This document shows positions 49,414-60,266 of a stretch of DNA of 64,000 nucleotides, one piece after another. The notes beneath the pieces were generated by a model. The model was not told where the DNA came from. It saw only the letters and a program-made list of their open reading frames with translations, and searched no databases. The first letter of the stretch is position 1; each line of letters begins with the position of its first letter. Origin of the DNA: Acidobacteriota bacterium (lineage in GTDB: Bacteria > Acidobacteriota > CAIWXX01); NCBI GenBank assembly GCA_040755995.1, contig JBFMAF010000055.1:192001-256000 (forward strand), written 5' to 3'. Position numbers and translations under genes: made by a program.

Positions 49414-51471
49414 TCATTCCTGAGCCGGGCGACAGTCGTAGAGTTCGAGCGCGGACTCACCGTACATCATGGAGACTATCTGGTCCGTCGGGCCCCACAT
49501 CGGCATGAAGGCGGAGGTTCGTGCCGATGGGACGTCGGGTGACTGCCACGCCTCTGCCGGCACCAGGGTCCCGTTGCTCTTCGCCCACTCCTCGATCCAG
49601 TTCCGCGGCGAGGACTGCCGGGAAGGCCCCGCCATCTGCCCCACGTTCGCTGCCGCGACTAGCACATAGCGGACTTCTCCCGAGGACACCCTGTGGGCGA
49701 ATTCCTCGACGCTCAGAGTCTCCTCGCGACCGTAGTAACCACCGAAGGCCATGACCGGCTCGCCGGTCTCTATGATCACGGGCGCCGCCCAGTGGATGTC
49801 CGGCACGGCCAGCAGGAATCGCTCGCCGCGGTGATTTGCCCGCAGGAATCGGATGAGGCTCGGGAGATGCGTCGGTCGCGTACCCTCGGCGGCCGTAGTC
49901 TCCCGGTAATCGAGCAACGCCGGATCGGCAATCGGCACCATGCGGCCCGCTGGAGCCAGAGCGGGTGTCGCCGCCCACAGGAAGGGACACACGAACGCGG
50001 CCGCGACCCCGAGGCCCAGTGCGCACTTCCGGACGAGCGGCGTCCTCGCAACCAGCAGGCCGACGACACTCGCGACGCCGGCCACGGTCAGCACGGGCAC
50101 AAGCGAGCGCGCCCATGAGGGGTAGAAGCCGATGATGCGCACGTGCCACAGCAGCGTGAGCGCCACGGCTGCGGCCGGCACAACCGCTGCTCGTCGGCCG
50201 CGGTCGAGTGCCCCCCATAGGCCACCCGTCGCAACAGCCGCGAGAACGGCCACGGCCGGCGTGAGCAGCGTGAGATAGTAGGTGTGGATGAAGGTCCTGG
50301 GCAGACTGAAGACGGTGGCGAACGTCAGGAACCAGACGATCCAGAAGAACGTGTCCCGATTCGGCCGCGGCCAGGCGTTGTACGAAGGTTTCCAGCGGAT
50401 CGTCGCGATCACCCCGATGAGGGCGATCGGGAGGAACCACGTGATATGGCCGGCCATGTCACGGTTCGCCAGCCGAAACGGACCCGGGATACCCCCGTGG
50501 CCAGTGATGACCTGGGATGGATGACCCGAGCCGCTCGGGAACCCGGGGCCGGGTCCGCCCGAGAACCCGCCGCGCCTGGAGTCGAGCCCCGGGCTGACTG
50601 CCTCCGGTCCGGGAGTGGGGCCCCCGGCCGCGGATCTCGGGGTTGGTCCGCCGTTCCTCATCGCAGGCTCAGCGCGGTTCAAGACGCGGCCAAGACCCTG
50701 GAGACCGAATGCGAGGCTCAGCATGGAGTTGTCGTTGGTCTCGGCGATGTAGGGACGCCGGTCGCGGGGCGTGAGATCCACGGTGACGGGCCAGACGAGC
50801 GACGTGAGGGAGACCACGACGGACGCGAGACCGAGGTGCATGAGCCGCCGCCGAAGCGCGATCGGCGCCGTGAGCGCGTATGTCAGGAAGAGCGCCGGAA
50901 TCGAGAGATAGGCCACCATGAGCTTGGTCATGAAGCCGACGCCGACGAGCGCGGAGCCCACAAGCAGTCGCCTCGCACTTCCAGTGTCGCTCGCGGAGAG
51001 CGTCAGTGCCGCGGCCCCGAGAAGCACGAGCAGCAGCCAGCTGTCGGCGAGATTGCTCCGGTCCGCCGCAACGCTGGCCGGCGTGACGGCCGCGACCAAC
51101 GCGGCGAACGCCGCGCCCGATACGCTCGTGACGCGCCGCGCGAGCAGGAACACGATCAGCACCGAGAGCCCGCCCGCGAGGACCTGCGGCAGATGGATGG
51201 CGAGGGCGTTGAATCCCCACAGGCGGACGCTGAGCGCCTGCATCCAGAAGGCGACGGGTGGTTTGCCGATCGCCAGGAAGCCCGCCGGATCGAACGCCGC
51301 GAAGAAGAAGTGGTGCCAGTCGGAGGCCATGCTGAGCGCGGCCGGGGAGTAGTAGAGGTTGTCGAACCCGTGGGCAGCGAGATTCCAGCACCGAAGCGTG
51401 GCGGCGACCAACAGGGTGAGCCCGACGACGAGCGCTTCCCACGCCTGAACCCTCGGAAAGCGCCGGGTCAC
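49414..51471 (-). CDS. GT39/ArnT (PMT_2) membrane glycosyltransferase, YkcB/YycA-like; start uncertain
   Basis: NLYYSPAALSM..DWHHFFFAAFDPAGF...KPPVAFW...RPYI...NS...HTYY...TGEPVMAFGGY. Confidence 0.85.
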   Translation of the reverse strand: MTRRFPRVQAWEALVVGLTLLVAATLRCWNLAAHGFDNLYYSPAALSMASDWHHFFFAAFDPAGFLAIGKPPVAFWMQALSVRLWGFNALAIHLPQVLAGGLSVLIVFLLARRVTSVSGAAFAALVAAVTPASVAADRSNLADSWLLLVLLGAAALTLSASDTGSARRLLVGSALVGVGFMTKLMVAYLSIPALFLTYALTAPIALRRRLMHLGLASVVVSLTSLVWPVTVDLTPRDRRPYIAETNDNSMLSLAFGLQGLGRVLNRAEPAMRNGGPTPRSAAGGPTPGPEAVSPGLDSRRGGFSGGPGPGFPSGSGHPSQVITGHGGIPGPFRLANRDMAGHITWFLPIALIGVIATIRWKPSYNAWPRPNRDTFFWIVWFLTFATVFSLPRTFIHTYYLTLLTPAVAVLAAVATGGLWGALDRGRRAAVVPAAAVALTLLWHVRIIGFYPSWARSLVPVLTVAGVASVVGLLVARTPLVRKCALGLGVAAAFVCPFLWAATPALAPAGRMVPIADPALLDYRETTAAEGTRPTHLPSLIRFLRANHRGERFLLAVPDIHWAAPVIIETGEPVMAFGGYYGREETLSVEEFAHRVSSGEVRYVLVAAANVGQMAGPSRQSSPRNWIEEWAKSNGTLVPAEAWQSPDVPSARTSAFMPMWGPTDQIVSMMYGESALELYDCRPAQE

Positions 51472-51529
51472 CTTTGCGGCCTGAAGCTGGCGGACAGCGT
51501 CGGCTTGAGCGATTGGTCGGGCAAGGATT

Positions 51530-51895
51530 TCAATTTGAATCCCTGTGAACCGTGCGCGGTGAAAACGCTGGCACGCAAATAGAGATGTACTCGGCCCCTT
51601 CGGGTCTTGGCGTGCTGTACTGAACCCACTTTCCACTGTGCGTGATAATGGCCTGGCCCGCCGCCACTTCAAACGTTTCATTCTTTGTCGCAACCATCAG
51701 GACCCCATGCAGGACGATGGTGTATTCGTCAAACTCGGGTTTCTGCCCCGGTTCAATCCATCCTCCTGGACTTGTCATCTTCGCGATACTGAGTGACTCA
51801 GTCTTGGAATTGACGCGGCCGACGAATTCATTGATCACCTTCGGTGTGTTGCCTGCCGCTTGGATGGTCGCCGGGGATTTGATGAATGTCGGCAT
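51530..51895 (-). CDS. Cupin (EutQ-like) protein
   Basis: IQAAGNTPKVINEFVGRVNS...GWIEPGQKPEFDEYT...PAFSPRTVHRD. Confidence 0.85.
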   Translation of the reverse strand: MPTFIKSPATIQAAGNTPKVINEFVGRVNSKTESLSIAKMTSPGGWIEPGQKPEFDEYTIVLHGVLMVATKNETFEVAAGQAIITHSGKWVQYSTPRPEGAEYISICVPAFSPRTVHRDSN

Positions 51896-52336
51896 ATATG
51901 GAGTCACTCCTTGTTGAGGTCCACGGCCGGAGTTGAGCGGGACCGCCCGCGCACAACCCAGGGCGCAATCTTCCTGCCCCACCCCAAGCATCTGCCATGA
52001 TAGCCGAAAGGACAAACGATCGCCACGAATCAAACTGAACGGTTTGCTCGCGGCGCGACTGGCTTAGGCGCGGGCGCTGCCGGCTCGATCGACGCGGGGC
52101 ACGGCACTGTCGAGCACGTTGTCAGCCTCATGGCCAGCGTGGCGGCGTGGAACGTGCCGTGTAAGTGAATCACGTCGGCGGCAGATCGACAATTGTCTCC
52201 CCCGCCGCTAGGTATCCTTCAGTCTGGAGATCACCTGATCCAGCCAACGGGCTACAGTGGGTCTCACAGAAGGTATTGACGGTTGTGGGCAAGGAAGTGC
52301 ATACTACGAGTGGACACATCGGAAGGAAGATCGACG

Positions 52337-52579
52337 ATGAAAGCCACCGTGCTGGACCTGAGGCGTAACCCCGGTAAGATACTCGAAGCCATCGGGCGTA
52401 ACGAGGCTGTCACGCTTTCGAAGCGTGGACGTGAGATCGCCCTCATAGTGCCCAAGAGGCCTGCCGCCAAGCCATGCTCCATCAGGTGCTCCCCCGCATT
52501 CGGGATCTGGAAGGACCGCGTGGACATGCGCGACCCTTCCGGATACGTCCGCCGGATGCGAAAGGGGCGCTTCGCGTGA
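52337..52579 (+). CDS. Phd/YefM-type antitoxin
   Basis: MKATVLDLRR...EAVTLSKRGREIALIVP; TTGACG-18-CATACT promoter at 52276-52305. Confidence 0.8.
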   Translation: MKATVLDLRRNPGKILEAIGRNEAVTLSKRGREIALIVPKRPAAKPCSIRCSPAFGIWKDRVDMRDPSGYVRRMRKGRFA

Positions 52580-52947
52580 TATTCGATTCCGACGTTCTGA
52601 TCTGGACCCTGCGTGGAAACGAAACGGCCGCCAGAGTCATCGAGGAAGACCAGGCCCGGAGTGTCTCCATCGTCTCGTGCATGGAGCTCTTTCAGGGCGC
52701 GCGCGACAAGAAGGAGTTGGCGGCCATCCGCCGCTTTCTCCTGGAGTTCGAGACATTGCCTCTATCAGAAGACATCGGGTATCGGGCCAGCATCTACATG
52801 GAGGAATACGCTCTGAAATCAGGACTTCAGCTGGCCGATTCCTTGATCGCGGCCACGGCCGTGCAGAGGCTGGAGACGCTCTGTACGGGCAACTTGAAAC
52901 ACTATCGCGCGATCCCCGAGCTCGAGCTCAGACCCTTTCGTTCATGA
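52576..52947 (+). CDS. vapC: VapC PIN toxin
   Basis: IFDSDVLI...SIVSCMEL...ADSLIAATA...TGNLKHY; GTGA overlap with the antitoxin. Confidence 0.88.
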   Translation: MIFDSDVLIWTLRGNETAARVIEEDQARSVSIVSCMELFQGARDKKELAAIRRFLLEFETLPLSEDIGYRASIYMEEYALKSGLQLADSLIAATAVQRLETLCTGNLKHYRAIPELELRPFRS

Positions 52948-53275
52948 TTCCGGCAAATCCTCCGCTATAGCGCCGGCCCGCGGGCGCAGGCTGTCCGTGA
53001 CGGCTAAGACCGAGCGGAGGCCACGGGTGCATCTGCCGACCAGATTCTCTGGTCCCTCTCGACCGACGCTGTGAAGTGGGTGCTCTGGCCAATCGCACAG
53101 GTAGGTCACTCGTGCGCCCGAAGATCGTCTCGGGTCTACAATCTGCAGAGCCTCAGCGAAGTCACGGCGCGGGAGGCCGATGCGGATGCTCGGACCAACC
53201 GGAGAGCCACATCTCCTCTCGGCGTCCTGGCAGGCACATCCCACCTCAGAGGTCGAATGTTGAACCTGAACGAGC

Positions 53276-54112
53276 TCAAAGCTCGATCGTCAGGCCGACC
53301 CCGACCTCGACGAGGTCCACCGCCGCCGACAGCGCGATCTTCGATCGCTGATCGGTGCAGTGACATGCGTGCACCGCCCTGGGGCGCAGGGACTTCATGT
53401 ACTCGATCGTCCCCTGCAGCCGTTCGGGAGAGGGATTCTGCAGATGAAAGCCGCCTATGATGTCAACGACTCTTTCATCTCCGCAGATCCTCTTCGCGTG
53501 CTCGATGGTGTTGCAGATTCCGGCATGGGCACAGCCAGTGATGATGACCAGGCCTTCAGGCGATTTGTAGGCGAGCGCCGAATCGTCGAGTATCAAGTCG
53601 TCCCTCTGCACACCATCTTCCAGGATGGATCCTGCGGGGCTCCAGGCTTCGAAATCATTCTGTCTTTCGATCTGGCCGAGGAACACCAGTCGTTCCGTCA
53701 ACCACACGGCGGTTGTGCTCACTTCGATGCGAAAATGGCTCGACAGCTTCTCCTGCGAAACCAGTGAGCCGGTCTCCGCCAGCGATCCCTGTGTTCGGGA
53801 AGACAGCGCAAGGGGATGGGCTACAAGTGCAGGCTTTCTGACGCGACTCCCCTCGAACGCCGCCTCGGTGTAGAGGCGAATCAGCGGAATGAGACCCCAC
53901 GTGTGATCCAGGTGACCATGGGACAGCACGATGGCATCGAGCTGGAGGAGATCGATGGAGAGTTTCCGAGCATTCAATAGGAGGACGTCCGAGTAGCCGG
54001 CGTCGAACAGAACCCGCCTGCCCTCGGCCTCAACACAGTACGAAACACCCGGTTCACCGACCAGGTACCTGTCGATGAGGGTGTGGTTGTCAACGAGCAC
54101 GGTCAGCTTCAT
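53276..54112 (-). CDS. MBL-fold metallo-hydrolase (COG1237-like)
   Basis: VLFDAG, LSHGHLDHTWG, ITGCAHAG, GGFH, CHCT. Confidence 0.9.
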   Translation of the reverse strand: MKLTVLVDNHTLIDRYLVGEPGVSYCVEAEGRRVLFDAGYSDVLLLNARKLSIDLLQLDAIVLSHGHLDHTWGLIPLIRLYTEAAFEGSRVRKPALVAHPLALSSRTQGSLAETGSLVSQEKLSSHFRIEVSTTAVWLTERLVFLGQIERQNDFEAWSPAGSILEDGVQRDDLILDDSALAYKSPEGLVIITGCAHAGICNTIEHAKRICGDERVVDIIGGFHLQNPSPERLQGTIEYMKSLRPRAVHACHCTDQRSKIALSAAVDLVEVGVGLTIEL

Positions 54113-54323
54113 TTGATCCTCCACCGGTAGGTCGCCATCTCAGCCTTACGCCGTCGCCGGGTGCGCTCGCCTGAACCGTCGACTCTGGGACCATGACAGC
54201 GCGAGCACGGCCACGCAGCCCAACACGCTGTACCAGAGGAAGGAGATCCCTGTAAACAAGAACGCACAGCGCGACATCATCGCCGAAACCGCCGCCGCAC
54301 GATGTCGAACATCACGGGGATGA

Positions 54324-54578
<255 letters not shown>

Positions 54579-54707
54579 AGGCATCAAGTTCGCCCTTCAA
54601 GAAATGACCGAACCGAAGGTGATCTCATTCTTCATGCCCCGCTGGAGAAGATGATCTGAATAGGATCACGCCGCAGGCTGGTTCGCATGACAGCACATGT
54701 ACAACCC

Positions 54708-57700
54708 TCACGGCCTCTGCGCCTTCTCGGCCGACGGCGGTTCCATCCGCATTGGCCAGCGGGGAGGGTTCTTCTGAATCTCCGCCTTGAGCAACTCGAT
54801 GGCCTTGTCGAGTTGCGGATCGCGTCCGGCCTGGAAGGCATTGGGATCCTCCTCCACCACCACATCCGGGTTGAACCCATAGCCGTCGGGCAGCCATTTC
54901 CCGTCCGGGCTGAAGCTGCCCTGGACGGGCGTCGAGACGAACCCGCCATCGATCGTTTCGAAGCCGTTCACGGCCATGAAACCACCCCAGGTGCGCGTGC
55001 CGACCGAGGGGCCCAGCTTCATCATGCGAAAGCCGGTCATGAAGTACTCGCCGTCTGAGCCCGTGCGCTCGTTGCAGAGCGCCACCACACGCCCCAGGTA
55101 CGCCGTGCGATGGTACGGCTCGGGCATGCCGTAGCGCCCCTGGTCGTACTCGAAGATCACACGGTTGAGGCGCTCCAAAACCATCCCCGACGTAATCCCA
55201 CCGCCGTTGTAGCGCACGTCGATGACCAGACCATCCTTGTCGAGGTTGGCGTAGAAGTGCTTGGCGAGCTCGGCCATCCCGTTCCTGCTCATGTCCGGTA
55301 GGTGCAGGTAGCCGAGACGGGGGCCGCCGTGAGTGGCGACGTAGTCACGGTTGCGCCGCACCCAGTCGTAATAGCGCGCGTCGCGTTCATTGGACATCGC
55401 CTTCACCCGTACGACCCTGGCTCCTTCGACGCTCGGCCGATCGTTCACCTGCAAGGCCACCACCTTCTTGGCCTGATCGATCAACAGGGCGGTCGGGTCC
55501 AGCTCGGGCTTGAGCGTCACGCCGTTGATGGCCAGGAGATAGTCACCCTCCTTCACCCTCAGGCCCGGTGCCAGCAGCGGCGAACGCGCATCGCCGTCGA
55601 ACCCATCGCCGTCGAAGAGGCGGGTGAATCGATAGAGCTTCGTGTCCTTGTCCAGCCCGAGTTCGGCTCCCAGAGCGCCAAATGCCGGCGGCTTCGGCGG
55701 CGTGCGCCGGTTGTATCCGCCGCCCACGTACTCGTGGGACACGTTCAACTCAGCCTGCATGTCGCCGATGATCTCGTTCAGCTCGGAGCGCGCGCCGACG
55801 GCGGGCAGCAACGCTTCGTACTTCTTGCGGATGGCATCCCAGTCCATGCCGTGCATCTTCGGGTCGTAGAAGAGATCGCGGTGCTGCCGCCATGCCTCAG
55901 AGAAGATCTGCTTCCATTCCAGCTCCGGATTGACCTCGAAGCGCCAGCCCTCCGTGCTGACCTTGGGAGCGTCCGGCTTGACGGCTGTGCCGGCGTCAAC
56001 GATCTGGAATCCATCCTTCGTCTTGAGAGCCAGCTTCTTGCGGTCAAAGGACAGCGCGATCGCGGCAATACCCGTGGCCAGGTCGGTCTCCTTCTTCTCC
56101 TTGAACTCGTACGCCTTCAGTGTCAGCGCGGGCTCGGGCGGCCCGCCATCCTCCCCATCTCTCTTGGTCTCTTCGCGCGCCAGGTAGAGCACCTTGTCGG
56201 CCAGCGCCTCGATGCCCACGTAGTTACCGGGCTCCACGGGCAGCTCCACCAGACGCCGCTCGATCCCGTCCAGATGGACTTTCATGTCCGGCAGCTTCGG
56301 GGGCCACTCCGGCTTGCTCTCGCCTTCCTTGCCCGCCGCAGAGGCCTTACCCTTCTCGCTCCCGCTCTTCTCGGCCCCCTCCGGCTTCTTCTCGGAATCC
56401 TTCTTCGCCTCGCTCTCGACGGCCGGCTCCTCGTCGCTCTCAACCGGAAGCGGCGACATCGTGTCCTTGGCCAGGGCGATCAGGCAGAGCTTGGTTGTCT
56501 TCTCATGATTCATCTGGAAATCGACGCCGTCCCACTTCGGGGTGATGTTCCGCTCGGAGAGGAAGTAGACATACTTGCCGTCCGGATCGAACGCCGGTGC
56601 GCGCTCCCGGGTCGGTGTCGACGTCAGGCGGGCGCTCTGCTTGCTCTGCAGGTTGTAGAGGTAGAGGGAGTCGACGAAGTAGTTCTCCGGCCGCACATAG
56701 GCGAGCCACTTGCCGTCCGGCGAGAAACGGTAGTCGTTGATGTCGCCGTATTCGGCGCGGGCGACTTCAGTCACGGCCGCGGTCTTCACGTCCACGACCC
56801 GGAGCGCGAGCGTGTGGTCCTGGAATGCGATTCGAATCCCGTCCGGCGACCATTGGGGTCCGGCCAGGCGCAGCTTCTCGAGCCTGGTCACCTGGACCGG
56901 CTCGCCGGTGCCGGAGGCAGGGGCAAGCCAGAGGTTCTCCTCCCCGGAACGGTCCGAGATGAAGACGATCTGCTTCCCATCGGGTGACCAGGCCGGCTCC
57001 TTCGCCCGAGTCCCCGGCTGAGCCGCGATCGATCTGATCTCGCCCTTCTCCGCCGGAATCGTGAACAGCATGCCGCGGTCTTCCAGAACGAGGCGCTTGC
57101 CGGTTGGACCGACGCCGAACACGCTGGGCTCCCCGGTCACGTAGACCGGGCGTGCGTGAATGCGGTCGGAGGTGAGCGCGAGCCTGGCCTGGGTGGTGGC
57201 GCCCGAGATCACGTCGTAGATCCACAGTGCGTCCCCGCACTGGTAGATGACCCGCTTTCCGTCGCTCGCCGGAGCCTTGACGTCCAGGTCGGTGTGGGAG
57301 GTCACGCGAGCCGCCTCGCCCGTGCGTGTGTCGAACCGCCACAGGTTGGCCGATCCGTCCTTTTCCGAGACGTAGAAGATCTCCTCGCCAACCCAGACCG
57401 GATACTGCTCGTTGATGTCACCCTCGTGGACGCGCTTGAAGGAGTTCTTCTGCAAGTCGGCAATCCAGATCTGGTTGGCTTCGCCGCCCCTGTAGCGCTT
57501 CCAGTGATGCCTTTCCATGGGCAGGCGGCAGTAAGCGAGGCGCGCGCCGTCGGGTGCGAAGGACCCTTGCGCCGCCCGCTCCATCGGCAGTGGCTCGGGC
57601 AGGCCTCCCGCCATCGGTACCAGGTAGAGGCGGGGACCGACCACGGGAACGGCGCGACGAGACCGGAAGAGAATCTTGGCCCCGTCGGGCGACCAGCCGA

Positions 57701-58046
57701 TCATCTCCGCCCCTGTCGGGTCGTAGGTCAGCCGCCTGGGAAGGCCGCCGGCAGCGGCCATGACATACACGTCCTGCCCGCCATCGTAGCCGGCCGTGAA
57801 CGCGATCCACGCTCCATCCGGGGAGAACCGCGGGTTCTCTTCCATCCCTTCGTGCGTGGTGACGCGCTCGGCCGAGCCCGCGGCCAACGAACCCAGCCAC
57901 AGATCACCCTCGGCGCTAAACACCACGCGATCGCCATGGATGTCGGGTGTCCGCACCATCCTCGGCGGCGAGATCTGGGCCCAAGCCGATGCGGCCCAGA
58001 ACAGCGTGCAGGTGAGAACTGAAATCGCGAACCATCGACGGTCCAT
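54708..58046 (-). CDS. Tricorn protease-like S41 peptidase
   Basis: PD40 beta-propeller repeats, WKRYRGG, PDZ, IDVRYNGGG, GSDGE, GTRTWGG; GAGGAGG RBS. Confidence 0.93.
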   Translation of the reverse strand: MDRRWFAISVLTCTLFWAASAWAQISPPRMVRTPDIHGDRVVFSAEGDLWLGSLAAGSAERVTTHEGMEENPRFSPDGAWIAFTAGYDGGQDVYVMAAAGGLPRRLTYDPTGAEMIGWSPDGAKILFRSRRAVPVVGPRLYLVPMAGGLPEPLPMERAAQGSFAPDGARLAYCRLPMERHHWKRYRGGEANQIWIADLQKNSFKRVHEGDINEQYPVWVGEEIFYVSEKDGSANLWRFDTRTGEAARVTSHTDLDVKAPASDGKRVIYQCGDALWIYDVISGATTQARLALTSDRIHARPVYVTGEPSVFGVGPTGKRLVLEDRGMLFTIPAEKGEIRSIAAQPGTRAKEPAWSPDGKQIVFISDRSGEENLWLAPASGTGEPVQVTRLEKLRLAGPQWSPDGIRIAFQDHTLALRVVDVKTAAVTEVARAEYGDINDYRFSPDGKWLAYVRPENYFVDSLYLYNLQSKQSARLTSTPTRERAPAFDPDGKYVYFLSERNITPKWDGVDFQMNHEKTTKLCLIALAKDTMSPLPVESDEEPAVESEAKKDSEKKPEGAEKSGSEKGKASAAGKEGESKPEWPPKLPDMKVHLDGIERRLVELPVEPGNYVGIEALADKVLYLAREETKRDGEDGGPPEPALTLKAYEFKEKKETDLATGIAAIALSFDRKKLALKTKDGFQIVDAGTAVKPDAPKVSTEGWRFEVNPELEWKQIFSEAWRQHRDLFYDPKMHGMDWDAIRKKYEALLPAVGARSELNEIIGDMQAELNVSHEYVGGGYNRRTPPKPPAFGALGAELGLDKDTKLYRFTRLFDGDGFDGDARSPLLAPGLRVKEGDYLLAINGVTLKPELDPTALLIDQAKKVVALQVNDRPSVEGARVVRVKAMSNERDARYYDWVRRNRDYVATHGGPRLGYLHLPDMSRNGMAELAKHFYANLDKDGLVIDVRYNGGGITSGMVLERLNRVIFEYDQGRYGMPEPYHRTAYLGRVVALCNERTGSDGEYFMTGFRMMKLGPSVGTRTWGGFMAVNGFETIDGGFVSTPVQGSFSPDGKWLPDGYGFNPDVVVEEDPNAFQAGRDPQLDKAIELLKAEIQKNPPRWPMRMEPPSAEKAQRP

Positions 58047-58601
58047 GCCAAGCCTCCTCATGTCGATTTTCGGTGATTTGTCTTCAGGGTCAGTGCAAAG
58101 ATGCTGCAATCGCTCCGGGATCCTATACATGTCAACGTCGAATGTCCTTCAGGAAGAGAAGCCCGATATCCCTCCGCCGCCTCGACGGCTATCATCGTGT
58201 CATGTGAGCGGCCTGCTCCGGTGCCACACATTCTCTTGCCACTGGGAAGCTCACATCGGCTCACCTCCTGCACAGAATAATACGTAACACAGAAGGCCGT
58301 GGTTATCGGGAGCAGGCGGACCGAGAAGAGGCCGAGTGAGGCTCGCCCATATCGTCGCGGAGCTCCACTACAGGCGAGTGGGTCCGGCCGTGCTTCACCA
58401 ATGGGCCGGCGCCTGTCTTCGTCGCTTGGAGCTCGCAAGGGCTCACTTCTCGTGTGCGCCGATGTCGACTCCGCTGCCCAGTGGGCGCGACGTGCCGTCG
58501 ATAAGGGTTGGTCCCGTTTGACCCACCGTAAGCCTCCTGTCAGCGCAAGTTGGCATTACACGTGGACGCGCGCGTGGACAACACACTCTTCCCCTACCCG
58601 G

Positions 58602-58975
58602 CTACCAGGGGTCCACTTCATGGACGAGCTCAACCATCCAGGTGACGATTTCATCGGCATACCGCCCGTCGGGGTCGAGATTCGGATTGTAGATCGTGAT
58701 GTCGGCGCCTATGAGGGCTGTGGACTGGGCCAACGGCCTGACCAGATTAGCCAGCTGACTCCGGGTGAGCCCGTTGGGCATCGGATAGTCGACCGCGGGA
58801 AGAACCTCCTGGTCCAGCACGTCCAAGTCCACGTGCAGCCAGAAGCGGCCGGGATCGGACTCGAAACGCCTCACAACCTGTGTGCCCAAAGAGCTCGGAT
58901 CAGATTGGCGGATCGCCTCGGCATCGACGAGCGTGATGCCAGGAGCAGCCAGCTGAGGTGCCAAGGCTCCCCTCT
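58602..58975 (-). pseudogene. Arginase-family C-terminal fragment
   Basis: FWLHVDLDVLD...PAVDYPMPNGL...GADITIYNPNLD. Confidence 0.75.
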
Positions 58976-59215
58976 CCTCGGCCGCTTCAACGTGTTTGCC
59001 GTCCTCGGCGAGATGGTGCGCGCGATCGACCGGCTGCTCGTCGGCCTCGGCCACGCCAACGCCCGCGGCCTCCTCCACAACGATCCGATGCCCTCGTTCT
59101 ATCCAATCTTCTGGATAGAGATTCCATTGATTGGATGGTTGGCGAAAAGAAGTGTAACTCCAACAGAACCGATTGTGCACTGAACCAGGGTTGACATCAA
59201 ACGAGAGGAGGATAC

Positions 59216-59815
59216 ATGATCTGGCCTTACACAATGGGCAGATGCGAGAAACGGACGCATGCCCTCATCGACCAATGGCTGCCCGAAGGAGCCTTTATGC
59301 TGGAGCACCACGGGATGGATATGTCTGCGCCTCCGGCCAGGGCCCTTGCTGCGACCACGCAATTGGCGTTGAATGCGCTTCCCTTTGTCCGGGTCCTCTT
59401 CGCCCTGCGAGGAATTCCTCATCGGGGCGAGATGACGCTCGGCAAGATGTTCTCGAACAAACCCTTCCTGCTTCTCGACGAGGATGTGGGCCGGGAACTT
59501 GTCTTCGGCATAGTGGGCCCCTTCTGGGACCTGCGACGGGGACATATGCCCGCCGACATCCCCGACTCTCCAGGGGAGTTTCGCGAGGCCATGAAAGGAG
59601 GGCGCGTGGCCGCCATTGGCAACTTTCGCGTGGATCCGGCACACGACGGATCCCGCAGATCGACTCGAGTCTGGACGGAGACCTGGGCCTGGAGTCCCCA
59701 ACTGATTCCGACCGTGCTCTTCACCGCCTACTGGCTGGCCATCGGCCCCTGGAGTGCCTGGATCCGTCGAATGTTTCTGAATGAGGCTCGCCGACAGGCG
59801 CAGGAGGCCCAATGA
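59216..59815 (+). CDS. Hypothetical protein (DUF2867-like)
   Basis: IDQWLP...LFALRG...ELVFGIVGPFW...TET...FTAYWLAIGPWSAWIRR. Confidence 0.7.
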   Translation: MIWPYTMGRCEKRTHALIDQWLPEGAFMLEHHGMDMSAPPARALAATTQLALNALPFVRVLFALRGIPHRGEMTLGKMFSNKPFLLLDEDVGRELVFGIVGPFWDLRRGHMPADIPDSPGEFREAMKGGRVAAIGNFRVDPAHDGSRRSTRVWTETWAWSPQLIPTVLFTAYWLAIGPWSAWIRRMFLNEARRQAQEAQ

Positions 59816-60210
59816 ACATCTCACTTCTTTCTGCCGGGATTCTCTCGGCTCTTGCCGGCCTGATCCATCCGGTCGCGGGGGAGTACCTGATTGTCCGACA
59901 TCTCGACGGAAGCCACCTCCGACCCACTCCCTTCGGGGATGGGGACATCACGCGACGAATCTTGAGGGGCGCATGGCATTTCATCACCCTGGACTTCTTG
60001 CTTTCGGCTGTGATACTCCTGGCGCTGGCTTTCTCCTGCGTGCCCGCCGGAGCGCGAGAAATGAGCCGGTTCATCTCTCTGCACTTCTTCGGTTATGCCC
60101 TCATTATCTGGATAGTGGCCGGCCACCGTTTTGTGCATGTCCTGATCCATGTGCCCCAGTGGATCCTTTTGTCTGCGATTGCGGCCCTCGCCTGGTGGGG
60201 AGGAAGATAG
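59812..60210 (+). CDS. Hypothetical four-TM membrane protein
   Basis: ATGA overlap with the previous gene; hydrophobic. Confidence 0.75.
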   Translation: MNISLLSAGILSALAGLIHPVAGEYLIVRHLDGSHLRPTPFGDGDITRRILRGAWHFITLDFLLSAVILLALAFSCVPAGAREMSRFISLHFFGYALIIWIVAGHRFVHVLIHVPQWILLSAIAALAWWGGR

Positions 60211-60266
60211 CGAGATATGGGGCAACATGCCGCAGGCTGCAGCCGGACCCTCTGGGGCGGCGAATC

